A program made the translations under genes and the position numbers. The notes below the pieces were generated by a model, which saw only the letters and a program-made list of their open reading frames with translations, had not been told where the DNA came from and made no database searches. A stretch of DNA of 64,000 nucleotides, taken from assembly GCA_039208735.1 (NCBI GenBank), contig JBCCQY010000002.1, positions 111,429 through 175,428 on the forward strand. The letters are read 5' to 3'. Shown piece by piece: positions 41,151 through 52,866 of this stretch; the stretch's first letter is position 1, and each line of letters starts with the position of its first letter. Source of the stretch: Myxococcota bacterium (lineage in GTDB: Bacteria > Myxococcota_A > UBA796 > GCA-2862545).

Positions 41151-41960
41151 TTACGCGAAGTGCAGCTCCACGCGGCCGTTGTTGTAGCCCACCTGCGTGA
41201 AGTCCGCCGTCACCGTGCGACCCTCGATGGTTCCCTGCAGAACAAAAGGCACATCGAGTTCCACGAACCGTCGGAACGTCCCGGACCCTCCCGTGCACGC
41301 CGTGATCGGAACCCCCAGGTGCAGCTCGGCCACTTGGGCCACGCAGTCGACGAGATGGGCCACGTTGACATGGTCGCCGCTCCCCGTATGAAAGGGATGT
41401 CCAGGGAAAAAGGCGCGCTCAGACGTCACGAGGCCCCGCGCGGCAAACCGGCCATCCTCACCCCCATCCTCGAGCCGGACAAACCAGGGCGGCATGCGCT
41501 CGGGCAGTTCGGGGAATGGGGGCTCGAGATGGGCCTTGGCCAGAACTTTCTTACGTGTCTCTGCCCGCCACGCGGCCATGTCGCGGTCCGTGATCGCAAC
41601 CCCACCGCCCATGAAGGTCAACGCACCGTCATCGAGGCGCAGCTCGAACCGGTCGCCCTCCGGACCGCTCGCAAAGGCGCAGTGGCCCCGAGTTGGAATC
41701 GGAGCATCGGGACCAAGCTGGCTCGACCATTTCACAAACGTCAATGCGCTCGGTGCGTCGGGGGTCGATCGACCCGACGCAAGCAACGCGGTGGCGGACG
41801 CAAAGTACAAGAGCTTCTGTTGCAGCACCGGATGCTGGGCGGGCAGGGTGAGCCATGGCCAATCCGCTTGCGGAGTATCGAGTTCGAACACCAGGTCGAC
41901 CTGGTCGGCCGACGCTTCCACGACCCGCACCGGGTTGTGCGGATAGACGATTCGGGTCAC
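41151..41960 (-). CDS. Hypothetical protein, possible double hotdog fold
   Basis: GTG after GAGGAGG. HPFH..GDHVN..HLVD...FRRFVELD resembles hotdog-fold enzymes. Confidence 0.6.
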   Translation of the reverse strand: MTRIVYPHNPVRVVEASADQVDLVFELDTPQADWPWLTLPAQHPVLQQKLLYFASATALLASGRSTPDAPSALTFVKWSSQLGPDAPIPTRGHCAFASGPEGDRFELRLDDGALTFMGGGVAITDRDMAAWRAETRKKVLAKAHLEPPFPELPERMPPWFVRLEDGGEDGRFAARGLVTSERAFFPGHPFHTGSGDHVNVAHLVDCVAQVAELHLGVPITACTGGSGTFRRFVELDVPFVLQGTIEGRTVTADFTQVGYNNGRVELHFA

Positions 41961-42065
41961 CTCACCTCCTCGCCAAATCTTAGGACGGATCCCCCAAGCC
42001 AGTCGCACCCCGACGTGGCATAGTGCCCCGCGAGGTTGACACTGGCGGACGAACCGCCACCGCCC

Positions 42066-42341
42066 ATGACAGGGGGTCCCATCTTCGCCCTGCTTTCGTT
42101 GCTGTTGATCGGCTGCGCGGATCCCGAGCCCGTCGGTTTGGGGGATTGCAGCGATATCTGCCGAGAAGTCGTTGACCAATGCGCGCTTCCCACCTGGCCA
42201 ACGCGTGCAGGTTGCCTCGACGGGTGTTTACTCAATGCCGCCCGCGGCGGCGATATTACCTCGCAACGCCAGTGCGTTGAACTGGCGGAATGTGACCTGT
42301 TTGCCCTCGTGGAGTGTGAGCATGCCTTTGGCCCGCGCTAG
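42066..42341 (+). CDS. Small Cys-rich lipoprotein
   Basis: LIGC lipobox, CxxxC pattern, 8 further Cys. Confidence 0.7.
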   Translation: MTGGPIFALLSLLLIGCADPEPVGLGDCSDICREVVDQCALPTWPTRAGCLDGCLLNAARGGDITSQRQCVELAECDLFALVECEHAFGPR

Positions 42342-43416
42342 CGTCGTAATCGCGCTCACCTTGACCGCATGCGGCTCAGAACCCCAACTGGGCTTTGGGT
42401 TGGCCGTCGACCCTGTCGACGTGCTGCCCTGCGACTTTTCGCCCATCTCGGGAACCAAGTTGTCGGTCTACGATTGCAATCCCGTATTTACGTCGGTCGA
42501 TGAGCCATGGGCCAACGGGGTCATTTCAATGGCATTCCGCACCCAAGGGGTGTTGGGCGCGCCGTTGTTCCAGGTCTGGTACACGAGCGAACTCATCGGG
42601 TACGAGACCGGATGGGGGCTTGGCCACGCGGTATCGTCCGACGGCATCACCTGGACCCCTCACCCCGAAAACCCCCTTTACGGACCTACGCCGGATTGGG
42701 ACCGAGACCGGGCCAGTGCGATGACCATCGCCTACAACCAGGCCGACGACGAGTATGCGTTGACCTATCAGGGGTCGGACATCGAAAACGGCTCGCTCGG
42801 CATGGGCGTCCTGCAATCGCCAAACGGCATTCGATGGCGCGAGCCCGACAGCGGCTCGCAACTCTTCGACCTTACCGGCCAGCTCACCCCCATCTGCTGG
42901 CCGCTCGGGCTCTCTTGGACACCGAGTCAAGGCTACTTCGGGTTTCTCGCGGCTTCGGGGGCTCGACAAACCTGCGAAGCGTACCGTTTCGACGCGGAGG
43001 CGCTGTCGCCGGATGCCGTTCGGCTCGACAACCTCCCTGCGTTGCGCGCCGCGAACAACGATCGTCAATTCGATGCGCGGGGCCAAACCAGCGTGGCCAC
43101 GGTCGAGTTTGAGGGCACCTTCTACCTGTTCTACACCGGCTTCCAAGCGTGGGAGCCGACCGAGGTGGAAGGCTTCATCCGCACGTCCAACATCTCCCTT
43201 GGCGTCGCCACCTCGCTCGACGGCGTCGCATGGCGAAAGTCACGCAACGAGAACCCCTTGCCCATCGCGCTCACCGATCCCGGTGAGGTCGGGTCGGTAG
43301 GGGCCCAGGTCATCGGTGATCGCATTCACCTCTGGGTGGCCGACCAGTACCCGGAACTCGAACAGCGGGGGCTTGGCTACTTCCTTTACGAGCCCAATAT
43401 CGAGGCACATCCATGA
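42322..43416 (+). CDS. Lipoprotein with five-bladed beta-propeller (GH32/43/130-like) fold
   Basis: LTAC lipobox. Asp-box-like [33 protein letters not shown]. Confidence 0.78.
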   Translation: MPLARASVVIALTLTACGSEPQLGFGLAVDPVDVLPCDFSPISGTKLSVYDCNPVFTSVDEPWANGVISMAFRTQGVLGAPLFQVWYTSELIGYETGWGLGHAVSSDGITWTPHPENPLYGPTPDWDRDRASAMTIAYNQADDEYALTYQGSDIENGSLGMGVLQSPNGIRWREPDSGSQLFDLTGQLTPICWPLGLSWTPSQGYFGFLAASGARQTCEAYRFDAEALSPDAVRLDNLPALRAANNDRQFDARGQTSVATVEFEGTFYLFYTGFQAWEPTEVEGFIRTSNISLGVATSLDGVAWRKSRNENPLPIALTDPGEVGSVGAQVIGDRIHLWVADQYPELEQRGLGYFLYEPNIEAHP

Positions 43417-46400
43417 TCTTCATTGGGCTGACGTCGTGGTTCGTCAACCCGGCGTCCGCCCAGGTCGTCGGAGTCATGGGCGCCGTTGTCGAGCCAGCCA
43501 CCTTGCCTACGGTTCGCGACACGCTGTTGTGCACACGCGAGTTCATCGAGGTCACCACCACCGATCTGTCGACCTCGACGCCCTCGGTCGTCGAACTCCA
43601 ACAGCATCACGCGGTGCTCGTGTTCGCCGACGCCCCGATGGCCGACCCGGTGGGCTTTGGGGATGCCTTGGCGGAGTACCTCGCGTCCGGCGGCGGGGTG
43701 GTCGTTGCGGTGGGCGCCACGTCTGCGGGCACGGGCATCGAGGGCCGCTTTGCCACCGAAGCCTGGGCCCCCCTTGAGCCTGGCCCCGTGCGGGCCCCCG
43801 GAGGCCAACTGTCGATCGCCGCCGTGCCTGAGTACGCCTGGTTGCCTGGCGTCGACGGGCACCCCACGACCCAGGGGGTCAACACCTTCTTGGGGGGCAC
43901 GGCGAGCTATCAGGTCGACGCGGAGCCGCGGGATAACACCATCACCACCGCGGAGTGGTCCAACGGGGTCCCCGCCATTGTGCTGTCGGCGCCCAGCACC
44001 ACCACAGGACGAGTGGCGACCGCGAACATCTGGCCCCCGTCCAACGTTGTCGACCTTGCATCCTGGGATGCCGCGACGGATGGCGACCGCATTCTGTCAA
44101 ACACACTGTTGTGGGCGATGCGGTACGCCAAGCCCTTTCAGACCTGCGACAACGACGTCATCGTACAAGACCTCGATTGCGACGCCATCGATGCCGCCGA
44201 CGAGTTGCCGATCGACCTCGACGACCCGCAATGCGCAAGCAACATCGATCCGGCAACGAGCGAGCCCTACCCCAACGCGGACTACTACATCGACCCCGGC
44301 AGCTTCAGCTGCACGTACCTCATCGCAGGCGCAGATCCCGACGGGGACTTGCTTGGGGGCATTGGCCAGCCCCTGGCGATTCCCAACGAGGATGGGGGCA
44401 CACTCATTGTCCAGCTCGACTGCGACAACTGCCCCTTCGACTACAATCCGCACCAGTCCGACATCGACTGCGACCGCATCGGCGACCTGTGTGACCCGTG
44501 CCCTTACGTGCCCGACAACGGCCGTGAGGACGATGGCGACTGTGTGGGCAATGCCTGTGACAACTGCCCCTTCACCCCGAACCTCGACCAGTCCGACATC
44601 GATTTCGACGACGTTGGGGATGTCTGCGACAACTGCCCCGCCGTCTTCAACCCTGACCAGGCCGACCAGGACCTCGATGGCTTCGGCGATGCGTGCGACA
44701 CGTGCCCAGAGTTCGCAAATCCCGAGCAGGAAGACCTCGACAAAGACGGGTTTTCGGGTCCCTGCGACAACTGCCCGGCCACGCCGAACCCCAAACAGTC
44801 GGACCGCGATGGCGATGGCATTGGCGATGCCTGCGACGTGTGCCCGGATCTTGTGTCCAAATTCAATCTGCCGGACACCGACGGCGATCGCTTGGGCGAC
44901 ATCTGCGACAACTGCGTGGCCATCCGCAACCCGGACCAGGCCGACCGCGATGAAGACGGTCGAGGCGATGCCTGCGACAACTGCCCCGATTGGTTCAACC
45001 TGACGATTGGGGCCGAGGTCGAGCAAGAGGACGCGGATGGTGACGGGATCGGTGACCGTTGCGACGTTTGCCCGACCCTCGCCAACCCCGAACAGGCCGA
45101 CCAGGACAACGACTTCTTCGGCGATGCCTGCGACAACTGCCCGACCGTGCCCAATCCCTTAGGCCTCGACCAAGATGAGGACGGCATCGGCGACGCATGC
45201 GATTTATGTCCGTTCTTCCAAGACAGTCGGAATAGCGACGCGGATGGGGATGGCGTTGGCGACGTGTGCGACAACTGCCCGAACTTCTTCAACCCCGAAC
45301 AGGGCAACGAGGACGGCGACAACACAGGCGATGACTGCGACAACCTGCAGTTCCGCGGGGGTGGCCAGTGCGGCGTCGTGCCCGCCGCACCAACCGGTAC
45401 GCTCGTGCTCTTCGGCCTCGTGCTCTTGGCCGCACATAGGGCGCGGAGGAGCCTTGGGGTTCTGGCCGCGTTGCTCTTCCTCGCCCTCGCCGGACCGGCG
45501 CAGGCCCAGCCCTACCGGGTGGCGCTGCTGACGGCGACGAGTCAGCCTGACCACGCGACCGACGTGCGGGATTACGTGATGTGCGCGGGTCGTGGGCTTG
45601 GAGAAGTGCTCCCTGGCAATCCACGCCAAACCTACGAAATCGAACGCATCGATATCTTTGACGTGGCGGCGGCCACCCCTACCGTAGCCGAACTCGACTC
45701 CTACGACGCCGCATTCGTGTTCAGCGATGTGACGTTCGCCGACCCTACATTGCTTGGCAATCGGCTCGCGGACTTTGTTGATCAGGACCGAGCCCTCGTG
45801 GTCGCGGGGCGGGCCCTCGACGCGACGGCGGGGCTGCAGGGCCGCGTCCTCACGCAGCTTCCCGTTACCGCTCCGGGTACCCTGGTCTTACCCGGGGGAA
45901 ACCTGGGCATCGACATTGTCGACCCGCTCGATGCGTGGACCGCGCGTCCGCCCCAGCGTGGCCACGTCGCGTTCTATGCCTACGAAGCGTTCGATGGCGG
46001 GGCCGCGAGCCTTCATGTGCAGGGCCTTTCCGCCACGTCCAACGCTCGGCTACTCGCCGCCTGGAGCAATGGGGAGCCCGCGCTGATCACGGGCGACAAC
46101 CGCGTTGCCGTGCTCAACCTCTATCCGCCCTCCGATGGCGCAGATCCAGCGTTCTGGCTCCGCAGTAGCAATGGCGACCGGCTGGTTCACGGCACCCTGC
46201 GATGGGCGCTGGGTTGGGAAATCCTGGCCCAATGCGAAAACGAGTCGTTGTCGCAGGACCTGAACTGCAACGAGATCGACGCAGCCGAGGAGATCGAGAC
46301 GGACCCGCTCAACGACGACTGCAACTTCGAAACCGCCGACTACTACTGGTCGTACTTCGGCTACGAATGCACCTTTCCGGTCGACAACTTCGACGACGAC

Positions 46401-47531
46401 AACGACGGGTTCGGGTCGGGCACCATTCCGCTGTACCTCCCGGGTAGCCCGATTCCGTGGGACATCATTGGGCTGGTCTGTGACACGTGCCCAGACGTCT
46501 ACAACCCCCATCAGCTCGACTTTGGCTGCGATGGCTTCGGCGACTTGTGCGACGCCTGTCCCTTCGACGAAGCCCTCGTTCCCAACAACAACCGCGATGG
46601 GGACGGCGACTGCTTTGGCGATGCCTGCGACAACTGCCCCGAGGTCCCGAATCCCGACCAGTACGACGACGATGAAGACTGGTTTGGCGAGGCGTGTGAC
46701 AACTGCCCAGGGCTTTTCAACCCCCCCGACTTCATCGGGAACCGCTGGGTTCAAGCCGACCTCGACCAAGACGGGGCCGGTGACGCTTGCGACAACTGCC
46801 TGATTGAACCCAATCCCGACCAGCTCGACAACGACGGCGACGGGCTCGGCAACGCCTGCGACAACTGCCCCGACGTACCTTCGCTCGACCAAGAAGACGA
46901 CGATGCCGACGGGGTCGGCAACCCTTGCGACAACTGCCCCGAGGTGGCGAGCCTCGACAACGGGGACCCCGACGAAGATGGCTTGGGCAACCCTTGCGAC
47001 AACTGCAGGTTCGTCGCCAACCCTGGTCAGATCGACACGGACAAGGACGGCGTCGGCGACGCGTGCGACATTTGCATCGACATCGCCAACGAGGGCCAAG
47101 CGGACCGCGATGCCGATGGCGTAGGCGATGGCTGCGACAATTGCCGCGACGACGCCAACGAAACCCAGCTCGACACTGACGAAGACGGGGTCGGCGATGC
47201 GTGCGACAACTGCCCCCTCACCCCGAACTTCGACCAAGACGACCTAGATGCGGACGGCCTGGGCAACGCCTGCGACAACTGCCTGCTCGGCCGGGATGCG
47301 GCGGCGGTGGATTCCGATGGCGACGGCGTAGGCGACGTCTGCGACAACTGCCTCGATGTGCCCAACGCCGATCAGATCGATGACGACGGCGACGGCCTCG
47401 GCGATGCCTGCGACCGCGAGGTCTTTCGGGGTGGCGGGCGACTCGTCGCCTGCGGCACCACCCCCCTCACCGTCGGTTGGCTGGGCTGGCTAGTGGCGTT
47501 GGGTCTCGCCTGGCGTCGCAAACCCGTGTGA
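43413..47531 (+). CDS. Thrombospondin type-3 repeat surface protein with two tandem units and MYXO-CTERM-like tails
   Basis: Many [15 protein letters not shown] repeats, two homologous globular domains, and RGGG..C-TM-RR segments both internally and at the C-terminus. Confidence 0.9.
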   Translation: MIFIGLTSWFVNPASAQVVGVMGAVVEPATLPTVRDTLLCTREFIEVTTTDLSTSTPSVVELQQHHAVLVFADAPMADPVGFGDALAEYLASGGGVVVAVGATSAGTGIEGRFATEAWAPLEPGPVRAPGGQLSIAAVPEYAWLPGVDGHPTTQGVNTFLGGTASYQVDAEPRDNTITTAEWSNGVPAIVLSAPSTTTGRVATANIWPPSNVVDLASWDAATDGDRILSNTLLWAMRYAKPFQTCDNDVIVQDLDCDAIDAADELPIDLDDPQCASNIDPATSEPYPNADYYIDPGSFSCTYLIAGADPDGDLLGGIGQPLAIPNEDGGTLIVQLDCDNCPFDYNPHQSDIDCDRIGDLCDPCPYVPDNGREDDGDCVGNACDNCPFTPNLDQSDIDFDDVGDVCDNCPAVFNPDQADQDLDGFGDACDTCPEFANPEQEDLDKDGFSGPCDNCPATPNPKQSDRDGDGIGDACDVCPDLVSKFNLPDTDGDRLGDICDNCVAIRNPDQADRDEDGRGDACDNCPDWFNLTIGAEVEQEDADGDGIGDRCDVCPTLANPEQADQDNDFFGDACDNCPTVPNPLGLDQDEDGIGDACDLCPFFQDSRNSDADGDGVGDVCDNCPNFFNPEQGNEDGDNTGDDCDNLQFRGGGQCGVVPAAPTGTLVLFGLVLLAAHRARRSLGVLAALLFLALAGPAQAQPYRVALLTATSQPDHATDVRDYVMCAGRGLGEVLPGNPRQTYEIERIDIFDVAAATPTVAELDSYDAAFVFSDVTFADPTLLGNRLADFVDQDRALVVAGRALDATAGLQGRVLTQLPVTAPGTLVLPGGNLGIDIVDPLDAWTARPPQRGHVAFYAYEAFDGGAASLHVQGLSATSNARLLAAWSNGEPALITGDNRVAVLNLYPPSDGADPAFWLRSSNGDRLVHGTLRWALGWEILAQCENESLSQDLNCNEIDAAEEIETDPLNDDCNFETADYYWSYFGYECTFPVDNFDDDNDGFGSGTIPLYLPGSPIPWDIIGLVCDTCPDVYNPHQLDFGCDGFGDLCDACPFDEALVPNNNRDGDGDCFGDACDNCPEVPNPDQYDDDEDWFGEACDNCPGLFNPPDFIGNRWVQADLDQDGAGDACDNCLIEPNPDQLDNDGDGLGNACDNCPDVPSLDQEDDDADGVGNPCDNCPEVASLDNGDPDEDGLGNPCDNCRFVANPGQIDTDKDGVGDACDICIDIANEGQADRDADGVGDGCDNCRDDANETQLDTDEDGVGDACDNCPLTPNFDQDDLDADGLGNACDNCLLGRDAAAVDSDGDGVGDVCDNCLDVPNADQIDDDGDGLGDACDREVFRGGGRLVACGTTPLTVGWLGWLVALGLAWRRKPV

Positions 47532-47624
47532 GTGGCTCACGTCGACGACAATGGGTGTGCGCGACCGACCCTCAGGGTCGGGACCAAGGCCGGTCGTTTT
47601 CAAATGGCGTCGGTCCTACCGTCC

Positions 47625-50600
47625 TCAGCCGGCTCCAGGTTCTGCGATGCGAAACAACGTGGCCGGCCCATGATTGCGGACCACCACCACCCCGGTCCCG
47701 TTCGAAAGCCGCAATTTGGCGAGGCCCTTGACATCACCGCGCGCCGTAAACCCTGATTCTACAGAAGAAATTGGCGTGTAGACGCCGGATGCAGAGCCTT
47801 TGAGAACCCATCCCGTCCCCCCATCGATTCGGGGCGTTTCTACCTCGGTCTTCTCCAGGTTCCCGGCCACGATCAAGTCGAGATGGCCGTCCTGGTCGAC
47901 ATCGTGAACCACCGTGCCGTGCACCGTGCCGATTTGCGCCAGCAAAGGCAGGGATTGCGAATTCCACACCCCATCTTTCGCCGTCCACACCGCACTATCA
48001 AAGGTGTGTGCGCGCAAGGCCAGGGCGGTATCGAGGTCCTCGCCGTAGACATCGCGTAGGGTGGCCTTGCCGTAGGCATCATAGGTCGCAAACTTCTCGG
48101 CGATGAAGGGCATCTGCTGCGAGGAACACTCCCGCCCGCGAACCGGATAGAGTTCCCCATCATTCTGCATCGAAAGCACGATGTCGAGCGAGCCACTCTC
48201 ATCGAAATCCTTGGCGAACACGCGGAAGGGCGCATCTAGGCTCGCCCGGAACTTGATGCTTCGGCCGACGTTCCCCGCCACGATGCGGGGCCCTTCCGGA
48301 CCTTCGAGGAAAGCGAGACTGCGCCACCATCCTTCGCTATTGGGAAGCGGAGACGAGGTCAGGGTTCCTCCCTCATTCGTGGCGACAACAATGGGCATCC
48401 ACTCCCCAGCTACAATGAGGTCCAGGTCGGCATCGCCATCGATGTCGGCAAACCGAGCCGCCGTAACCATGCCCGCCTCTTGTAGCCCCGGGGCAAGCGT
48501 TGCCGTGGCGTCGTCGAATCGACCTCCATCATTTCGCAACAGCACACTCTTGGGCGTCAAGGGGTACCGACCCGGCAGGAGCCGCCCCCCCACGAACAGA
48601 TCGTCGTCACCGTCACCGTCCACGTCCCCTGCCACGACGACCCCACCGCTCGTGCGCACTTCGGGCAGTTGGTCCGTCGCGTCCGCAAACGTCCCATCGG
48701 AGTTTAGATAGAGCCGGTCCTGTAGGGACGGGGAGTCGGGCGCGGGTTCGTTGCCGCCGCTTGCGACGTACAGGTCCATGTCGCCGTCCCCATCGGCATC
48801 GAAGAAGGTGGCTGCGGTGTCCTCTCGACCGGCGTGGACGCTCCATGGACCAGGAGTTTCTTCAAACTCGCCGTTCGCACCTTGAACGAAAAGCACCCCA
48901 CTTTGGCCCATCGCTCCACCGATGTACAGGTCGTCCAGGCCATCGCCTTGCACGTCCCCGACCGCCAACGCCGGTCCCAGCTTCGAGGTTTCGTACGGGA
49001 GCAAGGTTTCGCGTGCAAGATCGTCGAACGGGTTCTCCCGATGCAGGAACGTCAGTGCGTCCGTCATCTCGGTGAGCAATGGTGGTAGGGCCGCATCCTT
49101 TCGCGGCGGCGCATCCTGCGCCTGGGCGTAGTCGAGCACCAAGGGCGGATCGACGGGCACATCGGCGAGGATCTGCGTACGCCCACCGGGCCAACGCACC
49201 TCGAGGTTCTCGATGCGTGACGCGGTGCCCACGCCAAAGTGTAGCCCCGGTTCGACGGACGACTCGTAGCCACGGGCGAGGTAATGCTCCGCCACCTGGG
49301 CGTCGCCGCCCTGCCGCAGCGTGACCCTGGCTCCGATGCCCTGGGGATTTGCATCGGGGCCCCGGAACGTGATGCGTAGAGCGTTGCCGACCCCTTCGGT
49401 CTGATTCTCGAAGATCAGTGCGGGGTCATCCACATTGTTCACGACCAGATCGAGGTCGCCATCGCGATCGAGGTCGCCGTAGGCCGCCCCATGGGATGCC
49501 CCCACCCAGTCGAGGCCCGCGGCTTCGCCGACCGATTCGAAGGTGAGATCGCCACGATTCCGGAACGCCAGGTTTGGAATCCGACCATCCGGCATCTCTC
49601 GAAGGAACGCAAGCAACCCAGGTCCTTGTAGACCGCCGCTGCTTTGGTAGGCGCGCTTTTGGTTGACAAGGTCGACGTTGCTCGACTCTTTGCGCCGGCC
49701 GTTCGTGATGAAGACGTCGCGCCATCCGTCGTTGTCGAGATCGAGCAACAGCGCCGCCCAGCTCCAATCGGTCCGCGCAAGGCCGGCGAGCTGGGCCGTG
49801 TCGCTGAACGTGCCATCGCCGTTGTTTCGCTGCAACGTGTTGAAGCTGTACTGGTAGTGGAAGCCAAACGTGACCATTTCGCGGAATTTCGGCACGTTCA
49901 TGCTCTGCATCATCGTCTTCTGACGGTAATTGTCGGGGGCCGCCATGTCGGCCACGAGCACGTCTAGACGCCGGTCGTTGTCGAAGTCCCCAATGTCCGA
50001 TCCCATCGAATATTGCGAGATGTGCGGCATGGACGCCTTAAGGTCGTCGCGGAACGTCCCGTCGCCTTGATTGATGTAGAGGTAGTCGCGCTCCAAGTAA
50101 TCGTTGCACACGTAGAGATCGGGGTACCCATCGTCGTTTAGGTCTCCTACGGACACCGAAAGACCGTACCCAATCGCATTGCCGGTGATGCCCGCCTCCG
50201 CACTCGCATCGACGAACCGGCCTCCCTCATTCCGATACAGTCGATCCCCCGCGTAGGGGTCCCGAGATTGCGTCAAATCTACCACCGACCGGCTTACGTC
50301 GGGCGGCACGACGGGATGGTTGAGGACGTAGGCGTCGAGGTCCCCATCCAGATCGTAGTCGAAGAACGCGGTCTGGGTGGTGTAGCCTAGGTCGGCAAGC
50401 CCGAACTTCGCTGCCTGCTCCGTGAACGTGCCAGTCCCATCGTTGATGAGCAGTTCATTGGCCCGCAACTGAGGCTTGACCCGTCCCCCTCGCGACACAT
50501 AGATGTCGAGGTCCCCGTCGGCATCGATGTCGACCATGGAAACGCCGTTCGACCAGCCCGGGTTGCGACCAATGCCTGCCGTCTTCGACACGTCCTCAAA

Positions 50601-50909
50601 ACGCAGGTCACCTCGATTGAGGTAGAGCTGGTCCCCCACGACGTTGCCGGCAAACATCAGATCCGGCAGGTCATCCCCATTCACATCCCCAATCGCGACC
50701 CCAGCCCCGTTGTAGAAGTACTGAAAGCCCACGACATTCATGGTGGGATGGTTGTCAGGCAGCCGGTTCACAAAGCCAATGCCCGTACGCGAGGCATCGA
50801 GCTTCTCGAACTTCCACACAGGATCGAGGGGGGTCGGCGCCTCGGCGGTCGAGCCTCCGGAACAGCTGAACAGGAGGATCGTGGTGAGGGAGCAGGCATA
50901 GCGGATCAT
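47625..50909 (-). CDS. VCBS/FG-GAP repeat lipoprotein (CRTAC1/ASPIC-UnbV family)
   Basis: LFSC lipobox, many D[IF]DxDGDLD repeats, GIGARV...GYESS..LHFGVG UnbV segment. Confidence 0.92.
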   Translation of the reverse strand: MIRYACSLTTILLFSCSGGSTAEAPTPLDPVWKFEKLDASRTGIGFVNRLPDNHPTMNVVGFQYFYNGAGVAIGDVNGDDLPDLMFAGNVVGDQLYLNRGDLRFEDVSKTAGIGRNPGWSNGVSMVDIDADGDLDIYVSRGGRVKPQLRANELLINDGTGTFTEQAAKFGLADLGYTTQTAFFDYDLDGDLDAYVLNHPVVPPDVSRSVVDLTQSRDPYAGDRLYRNEGGRFVDASAEAGITGNAIGYGLSVSVGDLNDDGYPDLYVCNDYLERDYLYINQGDGTFRDDLKASMPHISQYSMGSDIGDFDNDRRLDVLVADMAAPDNYRQKTMMQSMNVPKFREMVTFGFHYQYSFNTLQRNNGDGTFSDTAQLAGLARTDWSWAALLLDLDNDGWRDVFITNGRRKESSNVDLVNQKRAYQSSGGLQGPGLLAFLREMPDGRIPNLAFRNRGDLTFESVGEAAGLDWVGASHGAAYGDLDRDGDLDLVVNNVDDPALIFENQTEGVGNALRITFRGPDANPQGIGARVTLRQGGDAQVAEHYLARGYESSVEPGLHFGVGTASRIENLEVRWPGGRTQILADVPVDPPLVLDYAQAQDAPPRKDAALPPLLTEMTDALTFLHRENPFDDLARETLLPYETSKLGPALAVGDVQGDGLDDLYIGGAMGQSGVLFVQGANGEFEETPGPWSVHAGREDTAATFFDADGDGDMDLYVASGGNEPAPDSPSLQDRLYLNSDGTFADATDQLPEVRTSGGVVVAGDVDGDGDDDLFVGGRLLPGRYPLTPKSVLLRNDGGRFDDATATLAPGLQEAGMVTAARFADIDGDADLDLIVAGEWMPIVVATNEGGTLTSSPLPNSEGWWRSLAFLEGPEGPRIVAGNVGRSIKFRASLDAPFRVFAKDFDESGSLDIVLSMQNDGELYPVRGRECSSQQMPFIAEKFATYDAYGKATLRDVYGEDLDTALALRAHTFDSAVWTAKDGVWNSQSLPLLAQIGTVHGTVVHDVDQDGHLDLIVAGNLEKTEVETPRIDGGTGWVLKGSASGVYTPISSVESGFTARGDVKGLAKLRLSNGTGVVVVRNHGPATLFRIAEPGAG

Positions 50910-51083
50910 GGATTCCTCATGGGCCGCGGCAGTATACCGCCTCTCGCGTCGTTCCCATCATCGTCATCGAGCCAAGCTGACCGTTGGTCGGAAATGGGCT
51001 GGTTAACTCTCCAAACGCTGGAACGTTCCACCACCCGCCGGTCGCGCCCGAACCCGCACCCGAACCCGCACAAGGAGCCCTCG

Positions 51084-52403
51084 ATGAGCGACACTGCGTC
51101 CCAGACCCTCACCCGCATCGGTAGTGTGATTGCGGTGTCGGCTGCGCTGTTTAGCATCCCGGCTTTCATCTTTGGCTTTTGGGTGACCGGGGGCATGGCG
51201 CTCATCTTTCCCTTTGCCTACTTCGGCCTCGTCGTCTACGGGCGTCACCCTGGGCGCAGCTTGCTGGCGACCAACCTGTTTGGTGCCGTCGCGATGGCCC
51301 AGATTTTGCTTGCCGTTTCGATGACCGGCGGGCCGGCGAGCATCGCCACGCAGTCCATCGTGCTGATTCCCGTCCTCACCACCCTCATCAGCGGCCCTCG
51401 CTACGGGTGGATCTGGCTTACGATCACGATGATCTTCCTTGGGGTCATGAACCTTTCTGAATCGTTGTGGCTTGGCGACCTCGCTTCCATGCCCGTGATG
51501 ACCCGGGGATGGCTGGTGATTGGGATGATGCTGGTGACCTGTGGGGCGATACAGGCCGGGCTGTCCTCGTTCGCCGGCCAGCGGAACTTGGCGCTGGAAG
51601 AGCGAGACATCGCCCTCGCAAGCTTGGAGAAGCGTGTCGAGGCCCGTACCATCGAGCTGAAACTCGAGGTCGAGCAACGCCGCATCGCGGAAGCCCGGGC
51701 CGCCCAGGCCAACCATGCAAAAACCGCCTTTTTGATGAACATGAGCCACGAGCTTCGAACTCCGCTCAACGCAATCCGCGGCTACGCGGAGCTGTTGGGC
51801 GAAGAGCTCGAGGACCTCGAAGTGCCCACCGCCACCTACATGCGAGACCTCACCCAAATCACGGGTGCATCAAGGCATTTGCTTGGGCTTATCGACAACA
51901 TCCTCGAGTATGCGCGCATCGAGGAAGGCCAAATCGAGGCCGCGCTCGAAACGATCGACCTCGGCAAACTGCTCCACGACATGGCGCACATGATTCGACC
52001 GGTGATTCAGACGCGATCCAACACCATGCGCCTCGAGGTCCTCGCGCCCGACGAAGGACCACTCCTTGCGTTTGGCGACGCAGGATGGATTCGCCAGATC
52101 GTGATCAATCTCGTTTCAAACGCAAACAAGCTGTCGAACGAATCGACGATCACCGTTCGGGCCTCTGCCGAGGGGAACGTGGCCATGATCGCGGTGGAAG
52201 ATGAGGGGCCAGGCATCGAGCCCGCCCTCATTCCACGGCTCTTCGAGCGTTTCACACGCGGCACCGAAAGCATTGGCACGTCGGGAACCGGATTGGGACT
52301 CGCGATCAGCCACGACCTCGCCACCCGCATGAACGGGACCCTCTCGGTCCAATCCACCCTGGGTCAGGGTACCACCTTCGTACTCACCATCCCGATTGCG
52401 TAA
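51084..52403 (+). CDS. Membrane sensor histidine kinase
   Basis: TM region, FLMNMSHELRTPLNAI, NLVSNA, DEGPGI, GTGLGL. AAGGAG RBS. Confidence 0.92.
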   Translation: MSDTASQTLTRIGSVIAVSAALFSIPAFIFGFWVTGGMALIFPFAYFGLVVYGRHPGRSLLATNLFGAVAMAQILLAVSMTGGPASIATQSIVLIPVLTTLISGPRYGWIWLTITMIFLGVMNLSESLWLGDLASMPVMTRGWLVIGMMLVTCGAIQAGLSSFAGQRNLALEERDIALASLEKRVEARTIELKLEVEQRRIAEARAAQANHAKTAFLMNMSHELRTPLNAIRGYAELLGEELEDLEVPTATYMRDLTQITGASRHLLGLIDNILEYARIEEGQIEAALETIDLGKLLHDMAHMIRPVIQTRSNTMRLEVLAPDEGPLLAFGDAGWIRQIVINLVSNANKLSNESTITVRASAEGNVAMIAVEDEGPGIEPALIPRLFERFTRGTESIGTSGTGLGLAISHDLATRMNGTLSVQSTLGQGTTFVLTIPIA

Positions 52404-52863
52404 AGCGAACGACCCGAACGAACCGCTCGGAATCGGAGGGCCACGCTTCGAGGGTGTCGCAAATCAAACGGGCGGCGCTGGGTTCATCGAAACGCCCGGA
52501 ACCCGCGCCAATCACCGGCATCGCAATCCGCGAAAATCCGTGGTCCCGGGCGACTAGTACGGCATTCTGTACAGAATCCACAATCGACCGTTCGCTGGCC
52601 CGCCACAGCAAATCGATCCCCGCAACGTGGATAATGCCACGAAAGGGGAGGTTTCCCGCTGAGGTCACGCGAGCCTGGCCCAGAGGCAGCATTCGCCTTC
52701 CAAGCTCGCGAAACGGGGCGGTGCCACCACGCCGTTTGATGGCCCCCGAAACGCCCTGCGGAAGCAGCAACCACCAGGGAATGAGGTTGCGATTCCAAGC
52801 GTTGACGATGGCGTCCACGTCGGTCTGGTCGAGCAGATCTCCCCACACCACTTCGAATTGCAT
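52384..52863 (-). CDS. Macro domain protein
   Basis: GDLL..VDAIVNAWN, GVSGAI, GQARVTSAGNL, IIHVAG, IAMPVIGAG. Confidence 0.9.
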   Translation of the reverse strand: MQFEVVWGDLLDQTDVDAIVNAWNRNLIPWWLLLPQGVSGAIKRRGGTAPFRELGRRMLPLGQARVTSAGNLPFRGIIHVAGIDLLWRASERSIVDSVQNAVLVARDHGFSRIAMPVIGAGSGRFDEPSAARLICDTLEAWPSDSERFVRVVRFTQSGW

Positions 52864-52866
52864 GCG

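Noticed and set aside
44400..47420. Recurrent TGCGACAACTGCCC motifs resembling a CRISPR array
   Set aside because: They encode CDNCP of TSP3 repeats in frame, vary synonymously, and no cas genes are present.
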